Shown: positions 39,674 to 54,279, counted from the first letter of the stretch. The stretch is DNA of 64,000 bases from Bigelowiella natans CCMP2755 (GCA_000320545.1 ADNK01003198.1:23856-87855); one strand, 5' to 3'. The notes: generated by a model from the letters alone, not told the origin. Translations and numbers: made by a program.

Positions 39674-42434
39674 TCAAAGACCATCTTTAATGCTACTATG
39701 AAAATTGCTAACTGTTTCATTTATTGGTGGAAATTGAGTTGTTAAGCTCCTCATAACCTCCTTGCACTCCTCAAAAGCCGCATTGATGTAATGAAATCTC
39801 CCTTGGAATCTGCTAGTAGTTTCTTTCAACCTCTACATAAGTAAATTAATCATAGCAGGATATCAAAATCTCGGTTACGTAAAAGCAATGAAAAATTTTG
39901 TTAATCGCGTTACTACTACCAAGCAGATGTCCTGAAAAGCATTTCGATTGCTTAGGTTGGGTTCAAGTTCATACGCGTGTCTTCCAATCAACAAATTAAG
40001 CAGAGTTTTGAGAAAGGAGGAGGTATTAAGACTGTGGTAGTATTTCGATGATGATACGGCTATTGTAGTTATTACTTGATATGAGAGATTCCTGTTCGAT
40101 AATCCGCCAATGCGATGTCAAAGATCTATTTTGATGAATATTCATAAGAGGTAAGCTATCATCCAGAAGAATTTGATTTTCTTATAATATGATGTTACCG
40201 CCAGTCGAACCCATAGGGGAGATAGTTCCGTACTTGTCATATCAAATCCCATTTTTCCTAATTCAAAATATGGATTTTGTCGTAATAATCAACTTAAATA
40301 ATTGTCTTGTTATTATGAATCTGCTGCGTCAAGTATGTATTTGATAATGATGCCCTATTAATTAAAGATAGACACTTTAGGAGTGTATCTAAGTGAAGCT
40401 AGAGGGATTCATTGAGAGGTGGCTATTGTTTTTGAGTGTGTTTGTTGGGAGGTGGATTCATTGAGGTTAGGATGTAATTTATTATTGAATTATTTCACTA
40501 ATTTGTATTTATTCTGTCTAATTTATGCATATTTACCATGGCATCCTTGATTACATCCACGATGTTGTCTCGAATAGTCAGTGTGAAAAAGAAACAAACA
40601 TAATAATTTAGAAATAAATCAGCACAAATTATATGCATATTTCCCTTTCCATGCTAAGTAATAATCTCTCTCCATATGTAGTTGTTATGATCATCTGCAT
40701 CCCAATTACTGTAATAAATTTATTGATACAATTTCTTGATAGCAACAATTAACCCTCGTGATATCATCATTATATTTCACTACAATTTATTATATGAGCT
40801 TTAGATATAGCCGCAATGATAACGAAAATACTGTAGTACCTTATTGCTTGTTTGATGCATTCACGAGCGTCATATAGCCTCCCCATCTTTTCCAATTTTG
40901 CAGATTTCTTTCGATGAAAATAAATTGAAAACTACATCATTATTTTGTGACTACCTATCATCAAATGTACAACAAAGAAGTTTACTATCTGTTGACATAA
41001 GGACATAAATATCCAATACAACAGCAAAAAAGTTAGTTACTGGTGGCTCACATATGAAAGAGAACACCCAATATAGCACTACCTCCAAGTACGATTCGAG
41101 ATTTTGGAAATCAACGGGACCACCAAATTGTATATTTTCACCTAGTGCCTTACCTGAAATGTATTGATTATGATGATGATGATAATGATGATGATGATGA
41201 TGATGATGACAACGATGGTGTTGTTGCTGCCGAGAATGATGCTATGTATTGTACCGTTTTCGCGATGACATTGGAGCTTTGAAATGTGACGCCGTCTATG
41301 TCTTCTAATGGTACGACGAATGACACCCCACCTGTGTATTATTCAGTGATAAATTGCGTTATTATATAATTATTTGTTGTATCATATGTGGTCATGATGA
41401 AATATAATTATCGTGATACTTCTTATTAGATTTAACTTTACATTTAATAATCGTAATGAAAAAAAGAGAACGATTATGATGAGTGGTACATCTCTAATTC
41501 ACAATGCATGATAATTCATTCCCTAAATTACGAATATATTGCATTATTCTACAAATTCAATAATTCTGGGCAACAACATATTACAGTATTCTTCTTTAGA
41601 AAACTGATATCTATTTAATCTATTTAATAATTGTTGAAACAGGCGTATCACGATTCTACCATAATAGCTTTATATACAAAAATAGAATTAATTTATGTAC
41701 GTACCAGTGACAGAGAAATAGTTTATTTGTCGAATACGATGTGATATTCTTCTCAGCACTTTCCTATATTTATGAATGAAACATGTAGTAAATCACAACA
41801 TTTTATTGATGATCTCTGTTTGCAGGAGAGGTAGAAGAGTTAGCAATATTCTTCAATTGTAGCTTGAAATACATGATACAATTCATCAAATGGTCAATTC
41901 CAATATAATTGTAAGGATCAGAATTTCATCAAATAACCTACATACTACATTCGAAACTAGTTCCACTTTTAGGTATCCGACCTACTTCTCTCTTATAAAC
42001 TTACTGTTACGCAACAACATTCATCATCTCTACAGTTTATATCACCAGCTTCTTACCAAAAATTCATCTGTTAACATCGACCAACCATGTGACCCTTCAG
42101 GAATTATTACCTGATGATTTTACAGATAGATAAATAATATCAATAGGTAGTAGAGAATAAATGTGCAATTTTAACAATTAAAAGGAAAGCATAATTAGGG
42201 AAAGACATAGATTTTATATGAACTTTCTTTGTTCCTTTTGCGGGAGGGGAATTATAATTCGATAGATTATCTTTAATAAGAAGTTTGTTATTACTACTAT
42301 TCCAACACTGTACTGCGTTAGTTAGTTACCGCCGGTAAATGTTCATACACAGAGGATATTCCAGAATCCTCAACGATAGGAATACTGGAAAATTAATATA
42401 CTACAGGTTATTTATAGTAGTAGCAACAGTAGCA

Positions 42435-42466
<32 letters not shown>

Positions 42467-42486
42467 GTATTGTAGATATAGCAGTA

Positions 42487-42520
<34 letters not shown>

Positions 42521-42941
42521 AAGAAGAAGTAGTAGTAGTAGAAGTAGTAGTAGTAGTAGTAGTAGTAAGATTTGTCGTAGAAGTAGGAGGATCTAGTCTA
42601 CTAATTTCATCCGCATTTTTTAGTGATAAAGATTAGTTCATTAGCATTATATATTAATATGTTGTAGCCTACTACATTGAAAAAAGGGAAAAAACGAGAG
42701 TCTTGTTTCTCAGGAAAGACTTTGTGTGGTGTATCTCCATAGTGTTTCGAAGGGATGAAAATACAATGGTATAAGTTTTGAATTTAATGAAAAATGATGA
42801 TGCGTATGAGAATTATATAAGTATAATCATTAATTAAGAATTAAGTTGGTTCAATCATCTTCTTAGAAGAGAAATTAAATTTGTCACCACCATAATTTTC
42901 TGACATAATGCATAACAGGTTGTTCTTAATGCTGTAAAATG

Positions 42942-42974
<33 letters not shown>

Positions 42975-43185
42975 CACTACAGTATATTATATACCTTCCA
43001 ACAGCAAGTGCTTCCCATGTGCGAAAACAGTCTTGTCCCAAACCCTTTTTTTGGGTTATTAGATACATCATTGCAATAACACAAATATAGAAATGATAGT
43101 GACCAAAATAGGTAAGAACCCTTTGTTTTATTCATTTATTTTGTATATTTATTTGTTTATGATTATACGACAAAGAAAACCAATT

Positions 43186-43225
<40 letters not shown>

Positions 43226-43439
43226 TTACTTGTGGACTTATTGTGAACTGAGACGACGACATTAATTGTAGGTGTTCCTCAAACTTCAGCTTTTCTTTCT
43301 GTTGGAAGAAATGTTAGCTGACGTTATTCTCCATTTTAGAAATGCTCTTATAATTTTCTATCATGCCCTATTTTCAAATTGTGGTTGGTTGATAATTGAC
43401 ATCTCTCCTTTCCCCCCCCCCCTCCCTTCTGCATCTAAA

Positions 43440-43508
<69 letters not shown>

Positions 43509-44190
43509 AGTTCGAAGTGTACAGTTGGTTCTTCTATTTCCCTAAATTACTACTTGATGATGTGCCCCTCGCAACTTCGCCCCTATAATTATTATATTAA
43601 TTATTTTTATTATTTTGTGCTTAATTGATATAAAGGATAAAATAACATTTGCTACGAGTAGTAACAGCACCAACAACCACTATATTCTACTCCTACAAAC
43701 TACTATCTTAGTAGTTATACTACTACTACTACTACTAGTAGTAGTCTGCAACTTAATTTTATCTACTTATTACCTTGATGTGCAGCATAGCTTCTGTACT
43801 CTATTGAATTCTACAAAATATCATCATGATGAACAAAATATAGTCCTCCTAGCAGCATTTGTATCTATCATAGTAATCTACAGAAATAAACAAACCAGCA
43901 ACTATATTCAGCTGCTCCTCCAAATCAATTTGAATGATGATTACTCTTACTTTGTACAGACCTAATTTCTATTTTTGCTTTTCTTGCTACATATTAAAAA
44001 CCTACTTTCATGTACGAAACATACACTCGATGCTTTTTTGCCTTCTTTTCAAATGTAGCTTCAAGTGCTGTCTTTATAAATATAATAATGATAAGGACAC
44101 CGAAGACAATCGATTGATATGTATATAATAGATCATCCTCACCATCACAAGCATTCTTCACATATCGTGAGTATATTGGAATATAGACAG

Positions 44191-44229
<39 letters not shown>

Positions 44230-45057
44230 GATTAACAAACAGATACAAAAACCACCTGCAACAATGGAGTAGGACTCGCATATTCACCCATGAATGGATG
44301 ATCCTGTAGTAGCAGCAGTAGTCGTAGATGTAGGCAACAATGAGTGATAAAATAATAAGCAACAGATTAAGCAAAATACGGAAATTGTTGTTCTTGTTCT
44401 ATGAATCGTAGTGAATGATGGAAGAAGGAAAGGAAAGGAAAGGCATCAACATTCTTTTTCACAAATAAAACTTTATTTTTGATTCCAATGGTAGAATACG
44501 GTTTTTATTATTTTTATCATTACCATTAATTCATTGTTATGTACAGCAATATATTGGTTGTCTTGATCCATTTACTACTACTTACTATTAGTAGTAGTTG
44601 TACCTGGTATGCAAATCCCAATGGGATGGAGACCAGCTTTGGATGCTTCACATCCTTTATTGTAGCAATAATACCATAAATATATGATAAGAAATAAATG
44701 GAGTAGTAAGATAAACTAAAAGAGAAATGTAGTGCTTGGTACTAGGGTTATAAATTGCAGCATATCATCCAATTAAGACTTTTACTACGGCATGAGGAAG
44801 TACGGCAAATCTTCATTTTTTCATTATGTTACGACGATGTGATGTTATTCGCTTCGTTTGGCAAATATATGATACGTATTGTAGTAGTAGAGCTCCTTCT
44901 CTTACTATCTATCTATCTATGTGCATGCTTATTTACTACGACCGTGTTAACAGCAAACTACTTAATTAAATTCGGGATTGTTAAAGCTCTTTTTTCTTTG
45001 GAAGAGAACACGCATGACAATAATAACCAACATCAGGAACGGACTTGAGAACTCCAA

Positions 45058-45109
<52 letters not shown>

Positions 45110-46264
45110 ACACACACACACACATACACACACACAAGAAGGAATTTTTCCAGTGGAAGTGGGGTCCGTTATGAGTAAATACTGCTACTACAATCAATCA
45201 TCCTTGCAGCAGGTGCAGAATATGAAACATCACCCATGTGCAATTATATATTCACTGAATCATCAGTAGTTATTAATGATGGTGTATATTGATGATAGTA
45301 TGGTATGTTATTCGCAAGGAAGAGGCAGAAATGATGATATAAGAGAAATGAGGAAAGGGAAAACTTCCTTCATAATGATAGAAAAAATAAAGAGTCAAGG
45401 TATAGAAATCCATAAGTACACTCCTCTTTGGAGCTACTAACATTAAACTTATGATTCATCATCTTCGTCTTGTCGTCATTCTCACTATTGTTATCATTCA
45501 TCATTTTTGGTTGATACTTATTATTGTTATTATATTTATCACAATGTATGGTCTTGTCGCTAACCGCTACTACTACTACCACCTGAATTCTGTACATCTT
45601 CCCTCGAAATAGAGCTGAAGATCAATGCCTCCCCTTTTAGTTAAAACAGTAAATTATTACTTCTACAAGCGATACTCATTGATTCACACGTAGCACATTT
45701 CATGATCATCGTCATACATATCATTCATCATCATGATATAGACGATATTCATATCATATATAAGACTGTAAGGCTATATTGCTGACCTTCACTTCCCTCC
45801 TCCCTGCCTCCTCACGACAACTAACTACTATACTACTACTACTACTACTACTACTTTAAGGATGATGATCATTCGAAATAGTACCAACCATTTAAACCAT
45901 GGGCAGGTTGCTGGAGAATCTCCGTGAGAACTCACAACTACAAATCCTACCTGAATAAGAATCAATTATATAAAGTTCTTCATGTTCATCCGTAGTAAGT
46001 CACAGCAAGTAAGCATCAAATGGCAGCATGAGGGAGGGGTCTTCAAGGGAAAATAAGTAGTACAACTGATAATGAATAAGAACACATTATCATCATCATA
46101 ATCCTCATTTTCACATTTAAGACTACTATTCTGAATTAAGAGTGCTGCTGCTGCTGCTGCTGCAAAAAGAAGGCTAGAGAAAACTTTATAGAATAGCATA
46201 TGGACGCCATCATTCTTCACTTGAAACACACGCAAACAACACACTCAGATACTACTGCTATTAA

Positions 46265-46302
<38 letters not shown>

Positions 46303-46489
46303 ACATTAATATTTGGTGCGACCAAAGCAAAGAATTCTGCTGCCATATCCTGTCTCATAGTAGTCAGTAAATCACCATATATTACAACAAAACGAACAAC
46401 ATGATTATCCTTCTTTTCCTCCTCCTCCTTCTTCTTCTTCTTCTCTCTAGTATTCTTTCTCATCCATCTCCAAGCTATTATTATACTAT

Positions 46490-46530
<41 letters not shown>

Positions 46531-47907
46531 TTCTCTCTCACCTGTGCCACGTAAACCACACTTCCTTCCTTTGGAAATAAATAAAAAGTATATTGTTATT
46601 TGATGAGATCATCATGAGCGGTTGTAGGACATCGCTTCGGAGCTTTGTTGTCAGCTATCATGTCCTCCTTTGTTTCATTATTTTGTATTCTACGGAGTAG
46701 GAAAGTGTGATACTTCAACAGTACCGCTGCTACTTGCACGACTATGTACATACAAACATACATACATACATACATACATGTACATACATATTATTATACC
46801 TTATTAACGCGCCAAGGATCGTTCACTAAGCTGTCGTCACCCTAGTAAGTTGGAGGTAGTGGGCATGTAAATATTTAAAAAATAATTAGAACGAACGACA
46901 CACACATATCCACCATCTTCCTACTACTCTTCCTAATCTTCAAAGTTGCTCTCAATGGATGAAATACATGTGTATGTTATCAATTAGCTTTTTTCCTCCT
47001 CCTCTTCCCAATATTAATGAGCTGCATCTTCTTTATTATTCCTCCCTTTTCCCCATCGACATAACTTTATTTGAATAAGTGAATCATTACCGCTTCGTAT
47101 ACATAGTCTGCAATGGCCTTTGGGGTGAGAAGGGGGAAATGAGACCATGGAATATTAATGTGTGAATAGAATAGAATAGTAGTTTCCACCATTTTACGAC
47201 CGAGCATCCAATGAGACAGCAATACTTGCATGGCTATCTAGTGGAACAGAGGACTAAGCAGACAACACCACAAAATATAGCTCTTAACGCACTTTCAAAC
47301 CGTCGGCACTGATTAAAGGGTAGTGGGTTGGCTTGCCTAAGAAGAAGTAAGTTTACCATAAAATGATACGAGTGACATGGGCGTGAAAATGATGATGATG
47401 ATCATGATGATGATGATGATGATGCATCATGGTCATTATTATTAACATGATGGATGCTGCAGGGAGAGCCTACTCAGAACAGTTGACATACATGTAGTAG
47501 TAGTAGTAGTAGTAGTAGTAGTTTTAGTAGTAGTTGCTGTTGTAGTGGTGGAACTCAGGAAAGAAGAACAACAAGAACAACAAGAAGAACAACAACAACT
47601 GTTCTAGTGGTGGAACTCAGGAAAGAAGAAGAAGAAGAAGAAGAAGAAGAAGAAGAAGAACAGCAACACCTATGATACGCTGCGCGCATTCCATATCATA
47701 TTTTGATGATGTCACAAGTGATGATTCCCCTTTCTTCTTCGTGTTCTTAGCAGCTGCAGCATTAGATTCGAGATTGTCTTTAATTGCCAGATAATGTTTG
47801 ATTTTTAAGCGATACTTCAACGATGATGATGCGACGGATAACGATGCAGTAGCAACAGAGATCGACGGTATTGCCATTGGAACAAGAGCGACTAGTGCAG
47901 CTAGCAT
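39674..47907 (-). CDS. Secretory-pathway exostosin-like (GT47-related) protein with helical C-terminal extension; contains an in-frame TAG
   Basis: Hydrophobic N-terminus MLAALVALVPMAIPSISVA. Exons give GSVVYVAQ, FVVVSSHGDSP, PNLIK*FAVNT|DVKHPKLVSIPLG, SSQFTISPQ|GLGQDCFRTWEALAVG|SIPIVEDSGISSVYEHLPA. The last frame ends SIKDGL-TGA. Confidence 0.7.
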
Positions 47908-48556
47908 CCTATCGTCTTAGTGGACAAGGCACCCGGAATGTAGTAATGGTCCCTACACAGATATATTGTTCTTCTTTAATGTTTGCTTTGGCAACTGGTT
48001 TTGTTCATACGTAGTATATGTTCCATGGCAGGAGGAGGAGGAGGAGGAGGAGGAGGAGGAGGAGTGAGCAAGCACGTCTTTGAAAGTATTAGGATGATGA
48101 GCATTGTAGCACTCTACCTTCTCAATGATTGATATGAGCACTGACGATGTTCTGCATGCTCATGTAAATATGTATACTACTAATATTCTAACACTAAACG
48201 AAAATGACAACTCACGATGTTAGATATTCTTAGTATAAAATATTTTCTATCTAAAAATATACTTACTCACTTCCTCACTTCGTAACAAGTTCATCCGAAT
48301 CGAAATTATTGAAAGTAAGATTTACGATATTTCTAGCATGATTTTTCATCTACGAGTACCACCTTTTCCTACTCCATTTCTCTTCCTCCTCCCTCCCCCT
48401 CCCCCCTCCCTCCTCCTCCTCCTCCTCCTCCTCCTCCTCCTCCTCCTCCTCCTCCTCCTCCTCCACCTCCCCTCCCAACACCACAAGATTTTCATTTTTA
48501 TATTCGTCTACAACCCTCTGGCGGCAGCATTTTACAGGTGCGTAAAGTGACAAATC

Positions 48557-49137
48557 ATGGAAAAGAAGTATGGGGCAACGAGCAAGGAGGACACTCACAG
48601 GCCACGGAAACGATCACGATTAATTACTTGCGGAACTGGCCCAAGCGCAATCGCGCAAATGAGAGATTCCAGCGATCTATTGAGGTATGCTGTCCTTCTA
48701 AGTTGATAGGTAGAGAAGATAATAACGTAGTAGCACCTCGATCTCATCACATCATCATCATCATCATCATCATCATCATTATCATCCTCCCTTCCTGCGC
48801 TCGACTGCCTGCCTTCTTTTATTTTTGTATGGTTTCTTTTTCTCCGCAAGCAGCGACTACAACTTGTTGAAAGCTAGGCTAAATTCAGACGGTTACCTAT
48901 TCCTGAGAGGTATCAGTAATGTTTATCGTGGAAGTATTAGTTACAGTAGTACTAGAAAGAGGTAGTACTTAGCAGTAGTAGACAACATCTTCTTATTTAT
49001 CCATTTACTTAGATTTTCTGCCTCGATCTGATGTTATCAAAGCGCGCACGGAGATATTGAAAGTAGTGGTAACAGTAGTAGTTTGTTTTCTACATTCTTT
49101 ACTACACACAAGGCTACAATGTATTTACGATATATAT

Positions 49138-49192
<55 letters not shown>

Positions 49193-49769
49193 GTATATTT
49201 ATATATCCTCTACAAAGTCAATTAAATCCTCCTCCTCCTCCTTCTCCTCCTCCTCCGCCGTGCTGTATATCATTGTTAGATGGCAGAAGTGCCTCATGAG
49301 GCAATCAGTAGATTTGAGTGCCCTTACCGTCCATTAGAGGTGGTTCTTCATGTCACCGCTATCACCCTTGCATTATGCTGATACCAACGCTGTCCTACAA
49401 TGTCGTCGTACAATTATTCTTAGCCATTTTATACACCCTCTCTCACTACTACTATTACTACTACTACTAATAATAATAATAATAATAATACTGGTATCAC
49501 TCCAATCACTACTACTACCATCCTTAATAACATGAAACACTGAAAACACTCAGATGGAGACTCCTCAGTGTCACCTTACTCTTAATAAACCGAGAGGCGA
49601 CAGAAACAACGCAACAATAGTTTTCAATTTGCAAAATCACTGCAAGCATTATAATCATCATCATCACATGCACAAAAGCTTGGAGATTATTGATCTTCCA
49701 CATCTCCTTTCTCCTTAGGTTTCAATCTCCCAAGCTCCGGACTTGCGTCTCTTAGGTATCACCACTTTC

Positions 49770-49806
<37 letters not shown>

Positions 49807-49997
49807 TCTTGTCTTCACTCCGCATAGTAGTCCCTTCCTGCCCTTTCATCATTCATTCTCGCACTGATCGTGTGTACTACTCTGTTTCACATAATATTCA
49901 GCTCGACAAGACATTGCATCATCTCCCGCTGTTCAAATGTGTGTGAGACAGAGAAGGAGGGGGGAGGGAGGGAGGGATGCACACACACACAAACACA

Positions 49998-50033
<36 letters not shown>

Positions 50034-51008
50034 TTTAATGTTTTTGTTGAATATACACACACACACACAAATTTAATGTTTTTGTTGAATATAGGATCAC
50101 CGAAAACGCGAAGATTCGTGACTTTTTTTGTGGGATTTTCGGTTGTAAAGCCGTAGCTACGACGAGGTACAAGTGGCTACGCTCAGTATCGACTGGAGAA
50201 TACACCGGAGTGCACATTGATAGAGGTCACATAATCTCATTTCAGATATTAACTAATTATTTTGAAATTGTAGTATAATGCTAATTAACTATCATCATCC
50301 ATATCCCCAATACCCCTTTTTGAGACAATGAGTACTTTAGTTAAAATTCGTTTCTGAGCGCTAAATTGAGATAATAAAGACAATAAATAGATTCATATAG
50401 CTATTTTGCTGAGCAGCTTGTGTATAATTCTCAGTGTATTTAGCGGGAGGTAGTAACAAGTTGACAACAATGTGGATTCCATTTGGTCAATACTTGATTC
50501 ATTATATGTCGTATTGTTGTGTACCTTTTTCCCCACTGATTGAGAAAGAATATACTACTACTACTATTACTTCAAGTAGATTTCACCACCACTAGATTCC
50601 TCTTCTTCTTTGATGACACAATGGATTAAACGACGACGAATAAGACGCAGCAATTTCGTTATAATTCGAAAATACTCCCCACCCCTATCTTAAATACAAT
50701 AGATGATGCATAAAACATAAAACACAGCTACTACTTCATATTGTAAATTAGGTGATATCCCGATGAAACACGGCAGTCTTTTAGTAAATGTTGGATCAAA
50801 TAAAAAAGTAGTAGTAATGATAATAATAATAATAATAATAATAATGAGTAGTAGCAGCAGTAGTAGTACTAGATTGTTTTAGTAAATGTTGGATCGATTA
50901 AAAAAGTAATCAGTAAGTCTTTTAGCAAATGTTGGATAAAGTAAAAAATTATTAGTAATAAATAGTAGTTTGCGTGGTAAAAATTAGGTACACTTACGCT
51001 ACTACTCA

Positions 51009-51044
<36 letters not shown>

Positions 51045-51136
51045 AAAATCTATTGTTACCACTATCGTCTGTATTCTCATCGTCATCATAATTATCATTA
51101 TTTATACTCACAGGTAGATGACCTTTTGTCCAACAT

Positions 51137-51170
<34 letters not shown>

Positions 51171-51528
51171 CCAAATAAATCGGAATGTAAAAAAGATGCT
51201 GGTGACGACAACAAACATACTGTCAACAACAGCAACAACAACAACTCTTCCTATAAAGAAGCATCATCATCATCATCATCAACTATTCGAGAGGCTGCAG
51301 TGAGATATGTCCAAGGTAGCGGAGGCAAAACGGGGGATAAAACAACTGCCGGCTGGTAAGAGAAAATTATTAGTAGTTTAACAACGATTAGTTATGGCGA
51401 CGCGTAAGGAGAGAGAGAGAGAGAGAGTACAAACCAACAGATCGACTGTATCATAACACAGACAATTATGGTTATAGAATACACTGACTGTATGCTAACA
51501 TACACAATTTCGATAATAATGGAGCAAC

Positions 51529-51562
<34 letters not shown>

Positions 51563-52440
51563 CATGATGATCATGATAGTCATAGTGATGATGATGATGC
51601 AGGAGATAACAAATAAGGATTGCTGTGCTGGTATTGCTACTGATGGAAATACTACTACTACCTAAAGGTTGGCAACAGAGCCAAAGAATGTTCCTCCAGG
51701 TGTTTGCTACGATACTACTACTCTTCATATATTGCAGCAGATATTACATCATGCTTCTAGTCATTCCACTACCACAACAACTACTACTACTACTACTGCT
51801 ACTCATCTTTCAGTCCTCCCTCGAGTTGTTTTAAGGAAGGGGAGGAGGAGGAGGCGTATCAAATAGTCAACACCACCATTCCCCAATATTATACTTGATG
51901 TTTTTCTAAAAATTCTGTGGTGGATGGTATTTTGGCGATGTTTCTCTAAAAATCATATGTTACAATGGTGGGCATTTTCTTTTATAGATAACATATGGTT
52001 CTTATAATACGCAAAATATGATGCAGATTGAGCCAAAAGTCGTTATTTGATACTATGTAGTTTTCTGTGGAGATAGAATGAATACAGGAGCATCAGAGTG
52101 GGTTAGCACAGACTTCAAAGCAGGAGATGTAGCAATAGTCTCTTTGAACACCGTTCATATGTCTACAACAAACACATCCAACTTCTGGAGAATATCTTGT
52201 GATACGAGATGGCAGCCGGCACATGTACTACTAGTACTACTAGAAGTAGAAGTAATAGATAAATAAGATATGATTAGAGGTGAAAGGCTATATATTGTGT
52301 CTATGTTTTAACAAACACTTTCGAAAATAATAATGGAAATGATGGAACAATAATGGTAGGAACCAAGGAATCCAGCGCTAAAATTTAAAATCATGCAACA
52401 TTTGGGGAAATCTGAGAAAAATAGGGCAAAAAATATATAA
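48557..52440 (+). CDS. Phytanoyl-CoA dioxygenase (PhyH)-family Fe(II)/2OG dioxygenase
   Basis: Exons give RLNSDGYLFLRD, YKWLRSV...TGVHIDR|VY (HxD), TMWIPFG|DIP, DFKAGDVAIV...VHMS (distal His) and RISCDTRWQP. Stop TAA at 52438-52440. Confidence 0.87.
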
Positions 52441-52469
52441 TATGAATGAGAGGCCTTCTATATCTTGTG

Positions 52470-53220
52470 ATGCAGTCTAGTCATCTTTGTATTGCGATTT
52501 TGATGCTCTACACGGCACGTTCCTACATTAACAACTTACTGCGAGCAAGGACATTCAATAAAAATGTGTGTCCATGAAGAGCTGTATGACTTGTCGAGCA
52601 TCTATGTTGTGTTCATCAACTCACCGGAAGTCGCTTCTATATCTACGTACGCTACGTAGAATGTAGCCGCCATGTATTTAGTATGTGTGTATGCATATAT
52701 CTGGAACAATTTAATTCGTTGCATTTCTTGTGATTTAATGAATGATGACAACAAATGTAGCAACATCGATGCGAAGCAAGCAGTAGCCATCGAAGTAAGT
52801 AAAGCATGCAAAGCCGGGAAGCTACCGCGCGTACGTCAAAAAGCTAAGATAAGCTTAAGCAGAGTATTCGATCTATGAGGAGGTTGTAGTATATATACTA
52901 GTATGTAGTCGGAAATGGTTAGTCTCTTACCGCCTTAATAAAAGTGGTAGTCCCAGAGCGAAAGAGGGATATAAAGTTGCAGAGTAGCTTGGTTTGTGGA
53001 ACATACATATACACATAGCTGCGTTGTTATTAGCCGTGTACGTTATCACATTGTACATATCAGACTATTCTAGGCACATCGAAACGTACGTATGTTACAC
53101 TTAGCCGTAAACATTACATGGCCGAGTAGCGGCTAGAGCATCATCCTTTTGCACGTGCAGATAAAAGATCATTGTTTTTAAATTGATATAATGCAAGAAC
53201 AATGTGACGTATAGAGCAAT
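52470..53220. other. Convergent intergenic spacer, moderately palindrome-rich
   Basis: acgt, gtac, tcga, agct, gcatgc and ctag words are enriched, but this is the weakest spacer of the set. Confidence 0.55.
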
Positions 53221-53562
53221 ATTTTTTGGCCCATTATACTTAGAGAACATTGTATGTTGCTTTTCACATCTGTGTGTTCTCCTCACCAATTTAAAAATTA
53301 GTAACTACATCTCAAAGATAATGCTAGGTTATTTTTCGGGAACAAGAACTTCTTTTCCATAGTTTTTAAAGAAATTCTTTATAGTCACTTGGTAGCTATT
53401 TTAAGTCAGAAATTAAAGAATAAACAGATAAATTTGAACTTTTCCATATATTTAAACTTATGGGTAGAGAAAAGATGCTTACTACTTTACCAATTCACAA
53501 CGAGATTTTCGATTGCCTTTCGACACCACCATTGATTTTGTTAGCGCAAACAATCAATTGAT

Positions 53563-54279
53563 TTAAAAGAAATAGAAGCTTTTATTTTCTTCCTTTTTCT
53601 CTTTTTTTGCCTTTGCAGCTGTAGCTGCTGCAGCATTCTTTTCCGCTGCCTGTTGGGCGATTACTGCTTGATGAGCAGCGTACGCTTGGTTCTTGAGATT
53701 TTGAGCTGTTTGTGCGGCCTGGGAAGCTACAGCTGCGGCAGCAGCAGCATCAGAGGCTTGCTTCGCAATCTGCGCTGCTTGATCTGGAGACAATGCAGGA
53801 GCAACTCCATCAGGTCCAGGACAGGGTGTTCCAGGAGCAACAGGAGGTCCATTAGGACATGCTTGTGACCCAAGAGGAGCAGTGCTGTGTGAAGATGATT
53901 TTGCTGTTGCTGGGGGGGCAGTAGCAGCAGGGGTTCCAGGTGTCGTAGGATCACCAGCTACTGCTACTGGAGCAGCAGGTGATACTGCATCATCAAGACT
54001 AACAGTTGTTGTTCCGAATCTGCTCGACGTAGGAATAGTTTCGACTGAAGCAAAAGCTACTACGCAGCAGATAGCGGCGAAGGCAACTGCAAATAGAACA
54101 CGGCGGTTTAGACGTGAAATGTCGAGCCAGGAATCAGTGCGAAGGGTACACTGTTTAGGTTCAGTATAGACGTTGGATGAATGAGATGGGGAAATAGAGC
54201 CATAGGCAGCCGTGGACATAGTAGTAGTAGCAGTAGTAGTAGGTTTCTTATCCATCATGGACGACGTGATATCCACCAT
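53563..54279 (-). CDS. Intronless single-pass membrane protein with Ala/Pro-rich region and Ala/Gln-rich helical tail
   Basis: Open frame from ATG 54279 (238 aa). One hydrophobic segment VLFAVAFAAICCVVAFASV follows RR; non-repetitive codon use. Family unknown. Confidence 0.7.
   Translation of the reverse strand: MVDITSSMMDKKPTTTATTTMSTAAYGSISPSHSSNVYTEPKQCTLRTDSWLDISRLNRRVLFAVAFAAICCVVAFASVETIPTSSRFGTTTVSLDDAVSPAAPVAVAGDPTTPGTPAATAPPATAKSSSHSTAPLGSQACPNGPPVAPGTPCPGPDGVAPALSPDQAAQIAKQASDAAAAAAVASQAAQTAQNLKNQAYAAHQAVIAQQAAEKNAAAATAAKAKKEKKEENKSFYFF

Noticed and set aside
43315-43320. Apparent in-frame TAA in the exostosin-like gene
   Set aside because: An alternative phase-consistent splice path (YMKVE|YRSYAAHQG|AKLRGAHHQ|KEKLKFEE) avoids it.
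44958-44960. Genome-wide reassignment of TAG to an amino acid
   Set aside because: TAG ends ORC1, SLC25, ABHD17-like and LamG genes at plausible C-termini, and conserved Trp residues elsewhere use TGG.
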